Made by a program: the position numbers and the translations under genes. Below the pieces are notes generated by a model that saw only the letters and a program-made list of their open reading frames with translations, made no database searches and was not told the DNA's origin. Positions 1-9,822 of a DNA stretch of 64,000 nt are shown here, piece after piece. This DNA comes from Patescibacteria group bacterium. Lineage in GTDB: Bacteria > Patescibacteriota > Patescibacteriia > UM-FILTER-42-10. The DNA lies in assembly GCA_041664365.1 (NCBI GenBank), contig JBAYKW010000001.1, positions 308,465 to 372,464 on the forward strand. Reading direction: 5' to 3'. Each line of letters starts with the position of its first letter. The stretch's first letter is position 1.

Positions 1-1
1 C

Positions 2-1003
2 TTTCTAGACGAAAGTGGGAGATTTACTTTTACATATGAAGGTATAAATGTCGGAAACAATGTGTGGGAATATACCTGGAGCACTGACGAGTCCATTGAC
101 GGTGTTTACCGTGTACATGCGGTTGCCGTCGATGCAAACAACTTAACGTATATCAGTGATATTAACAGAATATATGTGGATAATGCCGGAGGCAGTATCC
201 CGGATTTTGATGGAAATTCCAACAGTACTCCGATCGAAAATTATAATGTAAACCAGAATTTTAATTTAAATTCCAATCAGAATAGTAATGCAAATGTAAA
301 TCAAAATAGTAATTCGAATTTGAACTTTAACGGCAATGAAAATGTTAATCAAAATACCAATAGTGATAATATAAATGTCAACATACCGATTAATTCAAAT
401 TTCAATTTGAATACGAATACATCTGTCCCATTGAATATTAACAGTAATAGTAATATTTCCACCAATTCAAACGAGCCAATTCAGAATTCTCCTGATAAGG
501 ATAATGACGGCCTGACTGACACTGAAGAAGGAGAAATAGGAACTGACATTTCAAACCCTGACTCAGACAATGACGGGCTCAAAGACAGTTTTGAGGAAAA
601 TCACGGTTTTAGCCCTTTAATCAAAGATAACAATACCCCCTCTCGAACACCCGACCAAAGAATTATCCAGGCAATAATGGAAGCAACTACAGGCGGACAG
701 GAAAAAGCTAAGGATTCCGATCTGGACGGAATTCCCGATGTTGTTGAAACCGCATTTGGATCTAACCCATACAATCCAGATACAAGTGGTGACGGTCTTA
801 CCGACGGGTTCAAAGCTTATAACGGCTATCCGTTGCTTGAAGATAACTCCGGACAAATCGCAAAAACAAAGCTTGATTTACCGAATCCGGATATGCCGAA
901 TACAGAAAAATCATCTCTAACAACAACCATTGCAATTTTTGGATCTTTGATACTAGTTGTGTTTATTGTATTGATAGTTTTTCGTCCAAAAGCAGTCAAA
1001 TAA
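2..1003 (+). CDS. Cell-surface protein, C-terminal fragment (5' end lies outside the window): Asn-rich (N-x)n tract, four DxDxDG calcium-binding repeats, C-terminal TM anchor
   Basis: The frame is open from nt 2 with no stop before the window edge. About 65 residues place N at every second position (NQNSNANVNQNSNSNLNFNGNENVNQNTN...). It has four thrombospondin-type-3-like motifs (DKDNDGLTD, DSDNDGLKD, DSDLDGIPD, DTSGDGLTD) and a hydrophobic C-terminal segment IAIFGSLILVVFIVLIVF followed by RPKAVK. Confidence 0.6.
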   Translation, partial: FLDESGRFTFTYEGINVGNNVWEYTWSTDESIDGVYRVHAVAVDANNLTYISDINRIYVDNAGGSIPDFDGNSNSTPIENYNVNQNFNLNSNQNSNANVNQNSNSNLNFNGNENVNQNTNSDNINVNIPINSNFNLNTNTSVPLNINSNSNISTNSNEPIQNSPDKDNDGLTDTEEGEIGTDISNPDSDNDGLKDSFEENHGFSPLIKDNNTPSRTPDQRIIQAIMEATTGGQEKAKDSDLDGIPDVVETAFGSNPYNPDTSGDGLTDGFKAYNGYPLLEDNSGQIAKTKLDLPNPDMPNTEKSSLTTTIAIFGSLILVVFIVLIVFRPKAVK

Positions 1004-1010
1004 CTGGCTC

Positions 1011-1039
1011 TTGACACAACTGCGTGTTTTATTTAGAAT
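1011..1039 (+). promoter_or_regulatory. Sigma70-type promoter upstream of rpmA
   Basis: TTGACA (1011-1016), a 17-nt spacer, then TAGAAT (1034-1039), about 35 nt upstream of the rpmA start. Confidence 0.4.
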
Positions 1040-1072
1040 GGTAAAGTTAGTAAAATATTAATGAATTGATTC

Positions 1073-1351
1073 ATGTCACACACAAAATCAGGCGGTTCTA
1101 CCCAAAATGGCAGAGATTCGCAATCAAAAAGACTCGGCGTTAAAGTTTCCGGCGGACAAAAGACGAATGTTGGTCAAATTATCGTCAGACAGCGTGGTAC
1201 AAAATTCCATGCAGGAAAAAATGTAAAACGCGGATCCGATGACACATTATACGCGGTTGTCAGCGGAATAGTTAAGTTTAAATCCATAAAACTCAGAAAA
1301 TACACTGGCAAACTCCAGAATTCCAAAGTTGTTGAAGTAGTAACGCAGTAA
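1073..1351 (+). CDS. rpmA: 50S ribosomal protein L27
   Basis: The N-terminus [23 protein letters not shown]...[11 protein letters not shown] matches the L27 signature. Confidence 0.9.
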   Translation: MSHTKSGGSTQNGRDSQSKRLGVKVSGGQKTNVGQIIVRQRGTKFHAGKNVKRGSDDTLYAVVSGIVKFKSIKLRKYTGKLQNSKVVEVVTQ

Positions 1352-1363
1352 AATTATAAATCT

Positions 1364-1405
1364 AAAAGACCCCCTCTGCCGGTCGGCAAATGGGGTCTTT
1401 TTTTA
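1364..1405. terminator. Bidirectional intrinsic terminator between convergent rpmA and pyrG
   Basis: The stem agacccc / ggggtct has a 17-nt loop and is flanked by an A-tract upstream and a T-tract downstream. Confidence 0.6.
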
Positions 1406-1410
1406 TTCTG

Positions 1411-3063
1411 CTATTTATTTTTCAATTGTCTTTTGATACTCGCCGCAATAAAATCCCTGTAAAGCGGGTGCGGATCTAGGGGTCTCGACTTAAATTCTGG
1501 ATGGAATTGCACTCCGACAAACCATGGATGATTTTTCAGTTCAATAATTTCTACAAGTTTATTTTCTGGATAAATCCCGGCAAAACGAACTCCGGCTTTT
1601 TCTAGCTTTGCTTTATACGCATTATTAAATTCATATCTGTGCCTGTGCCGTTCTGATATATTTTTTGTTTTATACGCCGCGAAACTTAGTGAATCAGTAT
1701 CGAGCACGCAAGGATATGCACCCAGTCTCATTGTGGCGCCATAACTTTTTTCTTTGATATTCTTCTTTTGAAACGGATTAAGATGAATCACCGGATGCGG
1801 TGTATTTTTATCTACTTCCACGGTATTCGCTTTTGAAAGTCCTAGAACATTCCGAGAAATTTCTATTGTCGCCAGCTGCATACCATAACACAATCCCAAA
1901 TATGGAATATTATTTTCTCTTACATACCTTATCGCTTTAATTATTCCTTCTATCCCCCTTGATCCAAAACCACCCGGTACTATTATTCCGTCATACGCTT
2001 TCAGCTCGGATACTTTTTTTGGATTCCGTTCATATTCCTCTGAATCAATCCATGTTAACTGCGGCTTGCGGTTGTGATACCAGGACGCATGTTTTATCGC
2101 TTCAATCACGGAAATATAGGAATCCGCCAGGGTAAAATTGCCGGTACCAAAATATTTACCTACGACACCAATCTTAATTTCTTTTTTAGAGTTTTTAATC
2201 CTTTGCACCATTTTTTTCCACTCAATCATATCATTCTTCTTTTCTTTCAGATTGAGTTTTTTCAGCATTTTTGCTCCAAGCTGTTCCTTTTCAAATATCA
2301 TAGGCACTTCGTAGACGCTTTCCAAATCGGGCGCGGAAATAGCGTGGTCTTTGGGAATACTACAAAATGTAGCCAACCGGTCTCTGCGTGGCTTATCTAA
2401 TACCTTTTCTGACCTGCAAATAATAAAATCAGCCTGTATTCCAGCGGAATTCAGCGTTCTGGCTGCGTATTGAGTCGGTTTTGTCTTCATCTCTCCGATC
2501 ACACTTGGAATCGGTAAATAGCTGACCAGAACAAACGCCACGTCTTCTGGATATTTTAATTTCAGCATTCTGCCCGCTTCCAGAAACAGCATTATCTGAT
2601 ACTCACCCACGGTTCCGCCGATTTCTACCACCACAATATCCGCCTTGTTTTTTCTTGCCGCAATATTTATTCGTCGGATGATTTCGTTCGGGATATCCGG
2701 TACTACTTCGACATCCTCCCCGGCATATTCCAGATTTCTTTCTTTTCTAATTACTTCACGGTATACCTGACCGGTAGTAATGTAATTATCGGCAGTACAA
2801 TCTACTCCGGTAAATCTTTCATAATTACCAAGATCCTGATCTGCCTCAATCCCGTCTTCACCGACAAAAACCTCTCCGTGTTCTGTTGGACGGATCGTAC
2901 CTGCGTCAATATTGATATACATATCACATTTGATCGTTGCGATATTGTATCCCCTGCTTTGCAGAATTCTGCCGATTGAAGCAGTGGTGACTCCTTTTCC
3001 TACTGACGACATTACACCACCAACGACAAATATATATTTTGTTCTCTTCTTTGATTTCGGCAT
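1411..3063 (-). CDS. pyrG: CTP synthase
   Basis: Full-length 550 aa. The N-terminal synthetase domain (KYIFVVGGVMSSVGKG) and the C-terminal glutamine amidotransferase domain (GLCYGMQ, HPEF) are both present. Confidence 0.95.
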   Translation of the reverse strand: MPKSKKRTKYIFVVGGVMSSVGKGVTTASIGRILQSRGYNIATIKCDMYINIDAGTIRPTEHGEVFVGEDGIEADQDLGNYERFTGVDCTADNYITTGQVYREVIRKERNLEYAGEDVEVVPDIPNEIIRRINIAARKNKADIVVVEIGGTVGEYQIMLFLEAGRMLKLKYPEDVAFVLVSYLPIPSVIGEMKTKPTQYAARTLNSAGIQADFIICRSEKVLDKPRRDRLATFCSIPKDHAISAPDLESVYEVPMIFEKEQLGAKMLKKLNLKEKKNDMIEWKKMVQRIKNSKKEIKIGVVGKYFGTGNFTLADSYISVIEAIKHASWYHNRKPQLTWIDSEEYERNPKKVSELKAYDGIIVPGGFGSRGIEGIIKAIRYVRENNIPYLGLCYGMQLATIEISRNVLGLSKANTVEVDKNTPHPVIHLNPFQKKNIKEKSYGATMRLGAYPCVLDTDSLSFAAYKTKNISERHRHRYEFNNAYKAKLEKAGVRFAGIYPENKLVEIIELKNHPWFVGVQFHPEFKSRPLDPHPLYRDFIAASIKRQLKNK

Positions 3064-3103
3064 TTGATTTTAAAATTATTAACACCTTCGGATAAAGGCG
3101 AAA

Positions 3104-3550
3104 TTATTCTTTATTAATACTAATAATAAAATTAAACTGTTTATCATTTTCAACCTGCACCCCAACTTCGTGATCCCCGATATTTTTTATCGGTTTTTCA
3201 AGAATTATCTGACTCTCTTCCAAAGTAACCTTATACAAAGTCTGTACTTTTTTTATAATCTCCTTTTTCCCGACTCCGGCATAAAGCGTTCCGTCCTCAC
3301 TTGCATTTGCATTGATGACAATTTTTTTATCCTTCAATATATCATACATCTTTTCAACCTTTTTCACCTTTTTTTTCTCACTCTTCAGCTCATTTTCTTT
3401 TTCCAATTTTACCTGCTGGTCTATCAATTTAGTATATGGCACAGCTATTTGCCTTGGGAATAAATAATTTCTAGCATAACCATCCGTCACATTTTTAACC
3501 TGCCCTTTTTTCACATTTGGTTTCTCGTCCTTGATGAATAATACTTTCAT
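3104..3550 (-). CDS. rplI: 50S ribosomal protein L9
   Basis: The N-terminus MKVLFIKDEKPNVKKGQVKNVTDGYARNYLFPRQIAVPYT is typical of L9. Confidence 0.85.
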   Translation of the reverse strand: MKVLFIKDEKPNVKKGQVKNVTDGYARNYLFPRQIAVPYTKLIDQQVKLEKENELKSEKKKVKKVEKMYDILKDKKIVINANASEDGTLYAGVGKKEIIKKVQTLYKVTLEESQIILEKPIKNIGDHEVGVQVENDKQFNFIISINKE

Positions 3551-3708
3551 AATATATATAATTTACTACAATAATTTATTAGAATATTTTGCCTTGATAC
3601 AATTTTTCCCATCAATTATAGCCGTAATTCCAATTTCCAGCAACATGCGATAATTTTACCGGATAATCATTTTTCAGCTGTGATTATAACAGAGATTGAA
3701 AAACTTGT

Positions 3709-4950
3709 TTACTGCTCAATTAATAGCTTAACAGCTTCGTCCAACTGGGGATCAACATTTGCTTCAATATCTTCCGGAGTCATCTCTACTATAATATCCG
3801 GAGTTATCCCCTCCTTATTAATAGAACGTCCGTCAGGTGTCAACCATTCAGCAACTGTTATTTTTATCGATGAGCCATCGGAAAAATCTTTCAACTCCTG
3901 TACAGTGCCTTTGCCGAATGTCTGCTCACCAAGAATTGTAGCGACTTTGTGATCCTGGATTGCTCCGGCAACTATTTCAGATGCGGAGGCAGTTCCTCCG
4001 TTAACAAGAACTACCATCGGGTATTCAATATAATTATCCCCGTTATCAACCTTATAAGTATTCTCTTTTCCATTGCCAAAATCCTCTATCAGTACAACTT
4101 CATTCAGTGGAATAAAGTATCCAGCTACGTTTACCGCAGTTGATAAAAATCCGCCCGGATTGTTTCTCATGTCAAATATTATTCCCTTGGGCTCAGCCAG
4201 TGTAATTTCCCGTATTGCTTTTTCAAACCCTTTTTCTGTGTTTTCGTTAAAATCAGAAAGGATTATGTGTGCGATATTACTGTCCAGCATCTCCCAATAC
4301 ACCGACTCAACAACAATTGTTTCTCTGGTAATAGAAAACTGAATATTATCATCATTACCCTCCCTTTTGATAACGAGATCGACATTAGTCCCTTTTTCTC
4401 CACGTATCATTGTCACTGCGGTATCAAGGGTCATTGCGGTAGTATCTGTACTATCTATGCTGATTATCTGATCACCGGCAAATAGCCCGGCTTTAGAGGC
4501 AGGTGTTTCCGGTAATGGGGCAATAATCACTAACTGCTCATCCTTGATTCCGATTTCAATACCAATCCCTTCAAATGTTCCATTAATCTGGTCGCTGAAA
4601 TCCTGACTGATCTCCGGATCAAAAAATACCGTATATGGGTCACCAAGGCTTTCCGACATACCGGCGAGCGCTCCGTAAAACAGTTCCTTTTCACTGACCG
4701 GCTTGTCATAATACTTATTCTGAATAGTATCCCAGGTCTCCCAAAATATTCCGAAGTCTATTTCCTGCTTTTGCGGGTCATTTGTAAATTTATTGATCAC
4801 GACATCTCCGACTTGTGATACCGCGACACCGTTAACTTTCCAGGCACCGATAATCAGTCCACCTGAAAATGCAATGATCAGTAATAATACTCCCGCATAA
4901 AATTTAAAATATTTCTGAACAATTGATCTTTTTTTTGGATAATTTTCCAT
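3709..4950 (-). CDS. Carboxyl-terminal processing protease (S41 family) with PDZ domain
   Basis: It has an N-terminal TM segment, a PDZ region (GIGIEIG...AGLFAGDQIISID) and an S41 core (VLVNGGTASASEI). Confidence 0.85.
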   Translation of the reverse strand: MENYPKKRSIVQKYFKFYAGVLLLIIAFSGGLIIGAWKVNGVAVSQVGDVVINKFTNDPQKQEIDFGIFWETWDTIQNKYYDKPVSEKELFYGALAGMSESLGDPYTVFFDPEISQDFSDQINGTFEGIGIEIGIKDEQLVIIAPLPETPASKAGLFAGDQIISIDSTDTTAMTLDTAVTMIRGEKGTNVDLVIKREGNDDNIQFSITRETIVVESVYWEMLDSNIAHIILSDFNENTEKGFEKAIREITLAEPKGIIFDMRNNPGGFLSTAVNVAGYFIPLNEVVLIEDFGNGKENTYKVDNGDNYIEYPMVVLVNGGTASASEIVAGAIQDHKVATILGEQTFGKGTVQELKDFSDGSSIKITVAEWLTPDGRSINKEGITPDIIVEMTPEDIEANVDPQLDEAVKLLIEQ

Positions 4951-6212
4951 TATTCATTCACTCTTTCTATTTTTACTCCGATTTTTTTTAGTCTTTCCTC
5001 TATTTTTTCGTAACCCCGGTCAATTTGATAAATATTATCAATCTCTGTTTTACCTTCTGCTATTGCGGCGGCAATCACTATTGCCATGCCGGCCCGCAGG
5101 TCAGGGCTTGTCAATTTTCTGCCGTGAAGCTTTGTCGGTCCGCTGATAACTACCCGGTGCGGATCACACATGATAATATCAGCGCCCATTTGTACCAACA
5201 TGTCAGTAAAAAGCAAACGTCGGTCATATATGACTTCGTGTATTATCGCCCTACCGGTACTTTGCGTCATTAAAACTGTATACGGGGACTGCAGATCGGT
5301 TGGAAATCCTGGATATTCATGTGTTTTTATATCATACGATAAAATGTTTTTTGACGGCAAAATTTTCAGCCAGTCTCCGCCTTTTTCGTAACTGACACCA
5401 ATCTTTGTCAGCACACTTAATAATGATTCAATATTGTCCGGCTGGCATTTTGTAATAGTTAATTCTGATTTTGTAGCTGCCGCCAGAATTGCAAATGTGC
5501 CGGTTTCTATTCTGTCCGGAATAATTGTATATTCTCCCGCAGATAATTTACTGACCCCCTCAATTACAATCGTTGGAGATCCGGCACCTCGTATCTTTGC
5601 CCCGTTCAAATTTAAATAATCACTTAACGCTACAATCTCCGGTTCCATGGCACAATTTTTTATGGTTGTAACCCCTTCAGCCAGTACAGCGGTTAAAATC
5701 ATGCTTTCAGTTCCGGTGACACTGACAGTCGTAAAGAAATACTCCCCTCCTTTAAGTTTTTTTGCTTTTACCACATACATGTCCTCCATCTCTTCAATCT
5801 CGGCACCGAGAGCTTTAAAACCCTCCAGAAACAGATCTATCGGCCGCTTACCGGCACCGATCACGCATCCGCCGGGGTGCGGGAATCTGACTTCCCCAGT
5901 TCTAGCCAAAAGCGGTCCGACAAACATTACGGAAGCTCTGAACTTATTGGCAAATTTCGGCTCTAATATATTTTTCTTTATTTCCGGAATTGAAACTGCA
6001 CAATTCCTAGCGTCTATTGTCACAGTAGCACCCAAATCAACCAATAAATCAGTCGCTCTATGAATATCTTCAATATTTGGAAAGTTTTTTATCGTGATCG
6101 TTTCATCAGAAAGCAGGGCTGCCGGTAATATCTTCAGTACAGCGTTTTTAGCCCCTCCAACTTCAATCTCCCCGTTCAGCGGATTTCCGCCGTTGATAAT
6201 AAATTTTTCCAT
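4950..6212 (-). CDS. murA: UDP-N-acetylglucosamine 1-carboxyvinyltransferase
   Basis: 420 aa. MEKFIINGGNPLNGEIEVGGAKNAVLKILPAALL is a typical MurA N-terminus. Its stop overlaps the upstream protease start. Confidence 0.95.
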   Translation of the reverse strand: MEKFIINGGNPLNGEIEVGGAKNAVLKILPAALLSDETITIKNFPNIEDIHRATDLLVDLGATVTIDARNCAVSIPEIKKNILEPKFANKFRASVMFVGPLLARTGEVRFPHPGGCVIGAGKRPIDLFLEGFKALGAEIEEMEDMYVVKAKKLKGGEYFFTTVSVTGTESMILTAVLAEGVTTIKNCAMEPEIVALSDYLNLNGAKIRGAGSPTIVIEGVSKLSAGEYTIIPDRIETGTFAILAAATKSELTITKCQPDNIESLLSVLTKIGVSYEKGGDWLKILPSKNILSYDIKTHEYPGFPTDLQSPYTVLMTQSTGRAIIHEVIYDRRLLFTDMLVQMGADIIMCDPHRVVISGPTKLHGRKLTSPDLRAGMAIVIAAAIAEGKTEIDNIYQIDRGYEKIEERLKKIGVKIERVNE

Positions 6213-6295
6213 AAAAAAATTCCTAAAAATTCAAAATGTGGTAAAATAAGATATCCTACAGATGTATATTACCTACTAATTCCATTCTGGTCAAA

Positions 6296-7633
6296 ATGAA
6301 GAAGAAATACCGCAGAATATATGCCCTTACACTGGTTTTTGTGTTCTTTTTGATTGCGCCCGTTTTGGTATTTTATGCCACCGGATTTCGCTATAATTTT
6401 ACTGATCGGAAGGTCATTAAAACAGGTGTTTTGTCCATAGAGTCTGAACCACGAAATGCACAAGTTACCATAAACGGCAAACTATACGGATCAAAGACTC
6501 CAACTGTTGCAAAAAACCTTTTTCCCGGTGATTATACAATCTCAGTTGAAAAACAGGGTTATTATACTTGGGAAAAAACACTTCCGGTTTTTGCTAATCA
6601 ATCCACCACCACAAACCGTGTTTCGCTATTAAAGTCTGAAGCGGCTCTACTTGCTATGGATGATGAAGTGACGGGGATTGTTTATTCTCCGGCAAATCAT
6701 TACCTTGCCTATTTGACTTCAAATGAAGTCGGCAGTGCGGATTTGGTTATCAAAGAACATACCACACTTGCTACTGTTATTACAATCAAAAATATCGAAT
6801 CCGACAGCCAAATAGCATTTACCGACAATGAAAATTTCGTCTTTATTAAAGATAAGAGTAATGACGTGATTGCAAGGATTATTTCTCTACCCGACAAGCT
6901 AGATATTTTATCGAAATCTATTTCTGCTTTACCAATTTATAAACTGGCAGAATCCGGTGATCAGCGGGAATTATATGCTATTTCCGACAATGGACTTTTC
7001 AAAATAAATATCGTCGACAAAACAATTGAATTAATCATTAAGGGGCAAATCCAGGATGTGATTGAACTGGATCAATCAATTTATTATATCGAGAAGAAAA
7101 ATGATTTATCAGTTCTGTCCAAAACTGACAAAAATGATCTGAATAACATAAATGAGATACTGACATTTTCCAATAAAGGAATATATTCACTGTCTAAAAC
7201 CGCCGACAGTTATATTAACATGCATGATACAAAAAACCAGGAACTTTCATTAATCAGAGTTCGTGATCAATTTTCGTTTAATCTGAATAAGTTGAACCCG
7301 GATGTTTCAAGCTTTGCGTGGTCTCCGGACAAAAGCTTATTAATGCTCTATAATGATTTTGAAATTTGGTCATTTGATCCGGAATCAGATCAACAGGAAT
7401 TATTGATCAGATCAGGCAGTGTAATTAAATTTGCTGATTGGTCGCCGGACGGAAAATGGATAATTTACAGTAATGATGGTTATATCAGGGCGATTGAATT
7501 AGACGGAAGAGGAAAACGTAATATTGTTAATTTGGTAGAAAGTGACTTTGCACCATTTTCAGTCAATAAAAACACAAAAGTCATGTTTTATCATGACGCG
7601 TCGCAACATTTGTATCGAAAATCAATACAATAA
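6296..7633 (+). CDS. Membrane-anchored PEGA-domain protein with C-terminal TolB-like beta-propeller repeats
   Basis: It has an N-terminal TM segment, a PEGA-like segment (ESEPRNAQVTINGKLYGSKTP...PGDYTISVEKQGYYTWEK) and a WSPDGKWIIYSND motif. Confidence 0.55.
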   Translation: MKKKYRRIYALTLVFVFFLIAPVLVFYATGFRYNFTDRKVIKTGVLSIESEPRNAQVTINGKLYGSKTPTVAKNLFPGDYTISVEKQGYYTWEKTLPVFANQSTTTNRVSLLKSEAALLAMDDEVTGIVYSPANHYLAYLTSNEVGSADLVIKEHTTLATVITIKNIESDSQIAFTDNENFVFIKDKSNDVIARIISLPDKLDILSKSISALPIYKLAESGDQRELYAISDNGLFKINIVDKTIELIIKGQIQDVIELDQSIYYIEKKNDLSVLSKTDKNDLNNINEILTFSNKGIYSLSKTADSYINMHDTKNQELSLIRVRDQFSFNLNKLNPDVSSFAWSPDKSLLMLYNDFEIWSFDPESDQQELLIRSGSVIKFADWSPDGKWIIYSNDGYIRAIELDGRGKRNIVNLVESDFAPFSVNKNTKVMFYHDASQHLYRKSIQ

Positions 7634-7634
7634 A

Positions 7635-8468
7635 CTATTTACCGGAAATATAATCTTTTAATGCAATCTGCCACTTTCTGGAAAGTGGTATTTTAGTATT
7701 AATCAATGAGGAATAATTCGGGCGTTTTGCCGGACGCGGAAATTGATCAGACTTAACTGGAATGACAGAAACGCTAAGCTGTGCTAGTTCAAATATCTTT
7801 TCTGCAAAACTGAACCAATTTGTCGTACCTTCGTTAGTAATATGATAGATACCGTATCGACTATCTCCCTCTATTAATTTTCTTGTCCGCTTCGCCAGAT
7901 CCAGCGTATAAGTCGGTTTACCAAACTGGTCTTCAACAACTTTTATCTCTTTATTTTTTGCTCCGATATCAAGCATCGTGTCAACAAAATTCTTTCCGCC
8001 ACGACCATACAGCCATGACGTCCTGATGATATAGTACCGCTCGCAGTATTTTTTTATTGCCTGCTCACCGATCAGTTTAGACCGCCCGTACGCGTTAACC
8101 GGATTTGATCTCGAATTTTCTTTGTAACCGGATTTGTTTTTACCGCTGAAAATATAGTCAGTAGAATAATGAATCAGTTTTGCGCCTATTAGCTCGGCGG
8201 TCTTTGCCAGATGACCAACCGCAGTCCCGTTTATCCGATTGGCCGTCTCTTCATTTTCCTCAGCTCCATCAACATTCGTATACGCGGAAGCATTAATAAT
8301 TATTGAAGGAGACATTTCTCTGATCCTTTTCTGCACTATTTTTTCATTGGTAATATCCAAGTCATCAATATCCCAACAGATCGGTTTTGAATCAGCAAAA
8401 ACAAGAGAAAGCTCGGATCCGAGCATTCCTTTTGCGCCTAATATCAGAACCAACTTATCGCTTCTCAT
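7635..8468 (-). CDS. rmlD: dTDP-4-dehydrorhamnose reductase
   Basis: HYSTDYIF, YGRSK, RTSWLYG and DQFGKPT motifs all align to RmlD. Confidence 0.85.
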   Translation of the reverse strand: MRSDKLVLILGAKGMLGSELSLVFADSKPICWDIDDLDITNEKIVQKRIREMSPSIIINASAYTNVDGAEENEETANRINGTAVGHLAKTAELIGAKLIHYSTDYIFSGKNKSGYKENSRSNPVNAYGRSKLIGEQAIKKYCERYYIIRTSWLYGRGGKNFVDTMLDIGAKNKEIKVVEDQFGKPTYTLDLAKRTRKLIEGDSRYGIYHITNEGTTNWFSFAEKIFELAQLSVSVIPVKSDQFPRPAKRPNYSSLINTKIPLSRKWQIALKDYISGK

Positions 8469-9468
8469 ACTGTTCTTTGTAGTATTTCAAATATTCTCCG
8501 GACTTGATACGTTTCCACCATCCTTCATTTTTCTGATACCAATCAATTGTCTGTTCCAGATAGGTGTCCAAATCATACAATGGCTTGTATCCTAATTCAT
8601 TTTTTGCTTTGTTCCAGTCTACTGCATAGCGCCGGTCATGCCCTGGTCGGTCTTTAACGTACTCCAGCATTTCCTCAGATTTTCCCATGATATTCAAAAC
8701 CCGCCTGATTAGTTCCAGATTATTTACATCTTCGGTCAGTCCGCCAATCACGTATGTTCCGCCGATCTTCCCCTTTTCCAAAACTAGTTCCACCGCCCGG
8801 CAATGGTCATCAACATATAACCAATCTCGGACATATTTACCATCTCCATAAATCGGCACTTTTTTTCCTTCAATCAAATTTGTTATAGCCAATGGTAATA
8901 ATTTCTCGGGATATTGATACGGGCCGTAATTGTTGGAAGTATTGGTTATCGTCACTGGCAGGCCGTAGGTCGTGTAATATGCGTTCACCAGATGATCTGA
9001 AGCGGCTTTAGAGGCTGAATACGGACTCCGAGGATCATATTTCGTGCTTTCAGAAAATTTGGATTTATTCTCAAGAGGTAATGCACCAAAAACTTCATCG
9101 GTTGAAATATGATGGAATCTTTTAACATTATTTTTCAAGGCGGAATCCAATAAAACGTGCGTACCAACAATATTTGTTTTTATGAATGCATCCGGTTCCA
9201 GAATAGAACGGTCAACATGACTTTCTGCCGCAAAATGAACAACCGTATCAATTTCATTCATTGCCTTGTTCACCAAATCTGAATTGCAAATATCCCCGCG
9301 GACAAATTCATAATTCGGATTGCTCTCAATACTTTTCAGATTCTCCAGATTTCCGCAGTACGTTAACTTATCCAGATTCACAATGTGATCTTCCGGATGA
9401 TTTTTCAGCCAGTAGTTGATGAAGTTAGAGCCGATAAATCCCGCTCCACCAGTAACCAGTATGTTCAT
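8455..9468 (-). CDS. rmlB: dTDP-glucose 4,6-dehydratase
   Basis: MNILVTGGAGFIGSNF, the YSASKAASDH catalytic region and a length of 337 aa fit RmlB. It overlaps rmlD by 14 nt. Confidence 0.9.
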   Translation of the reverse strand: MNILVTGGAGFIGSNFINYWLKNHPEDHIVNLDKLTYCGNLENLKSIESNPNYEFVRGDICNSDLVNKAMNEIDTVVHFAAESHVDRSILEPDAFIKTNIVGTHVLLDSALKNNVKRFHHISTDEVFGALPLENKSKFSESTKYDPRSPYSASKAASDHLVNAYYTTYGLPVTITNTSNNYGPYQYPEKLLPLAITNLIEGKKVPIYGDGKYVRDWLYVDDHCRAVELVLEKGKIGGTYVIGGLTEDVNNLELIRRVLNIMGKSEEMLEYVKDRPGHDRRYAVDWNKAKNELGYKPLYDLDTYLEQTIDWYQKNEGWWKRIKSGEYLKYYKEQYEKR

Positions 9469-9822
9469 GTTTATAGATTGCTCATTTAGATACTATATGA
9501 TGCCGACCCGCCCGCCACGCGAGCCAGTGAGCCTGTTCTTTAAAAATCTTCTGCCAAAACCTGTTTTGAAGTACTTTTCTCTCCTAATTGCTTCTTTCTT
9601 CGATCGGCAAGCTTCGTAGTATATGATTTTTAATGGCCTTCTATGTTTTGTCGATTCAACTTGCCCTTTAGCATGCTCTTTCAATCTTGCGTTTAAGTCA
9701 ATGGTCCAACCAATGTATAAATTACCATCTTTCGCGCTTTCCAACACATAAGTATAATACCATTTGGCTCGCTGGCGAGGCGGGCGGGTAAATCCCGCTC
9801 CACCAGTAATTAGCAAATTCAT
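9469..9822 (-). mobile_element. Small GIY-YIG nuclease cassette inserted at the 5' end of rmlB, flanked by two diverged copies of the first ~11 rmlB codons and by GC-rich imperfect inverted repeats
   Basis: The direct repeat aaatcccgctccaccagtaa sits at 9447-9466 and 9786-9805. An IR core cccgcccgcc (9508-9517) pairs with ggcgggcggg (9779-9788). These GC-rich ends contrast with the AT-rich surroundings. Confidence 0.55.
9493..9822 (-). CDS. GIY-YIG nuclease domain protein (YhbQ/UPF0213-like) bearing an rmlB-derived N-terminus
   Basis: YTYVLESAKDGNLYIGWTIDLNARLKEH...RRPLKIIYYE...EAIRREKYFK is the GIY-YIG fold. The first 11 residues, MNLLITGGAGF, copy the RmlB start. Confidence 0.7.
   Translation of the reverse strand: MNLLITGGAGFTRPPRQRAKWYYTYVLESAKDGNLYIGWTIDLNARLKEHAKGQVESTKHRRPLKIIYYEACRSKKEAIRREKYFKTGFGRRFLKNRLTGSRGGRVGII

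Noticed and set aside
2074-3463. Plus-strand ORFs (108 aa, 97 aa) inside pyrG and rplI
   Set aside because: They are shadow ORFs opposite well-supported genes, rich in Phe, Leu and Ile from AT-rich antisense sequence.
9416-9619. Plus-strand 67-aa ORF within the GIY-YIG element
   Set aside because: It is antisense to the GIY-YIG coding sequence and spans the GC-rich inverted repeat. It has no homology.
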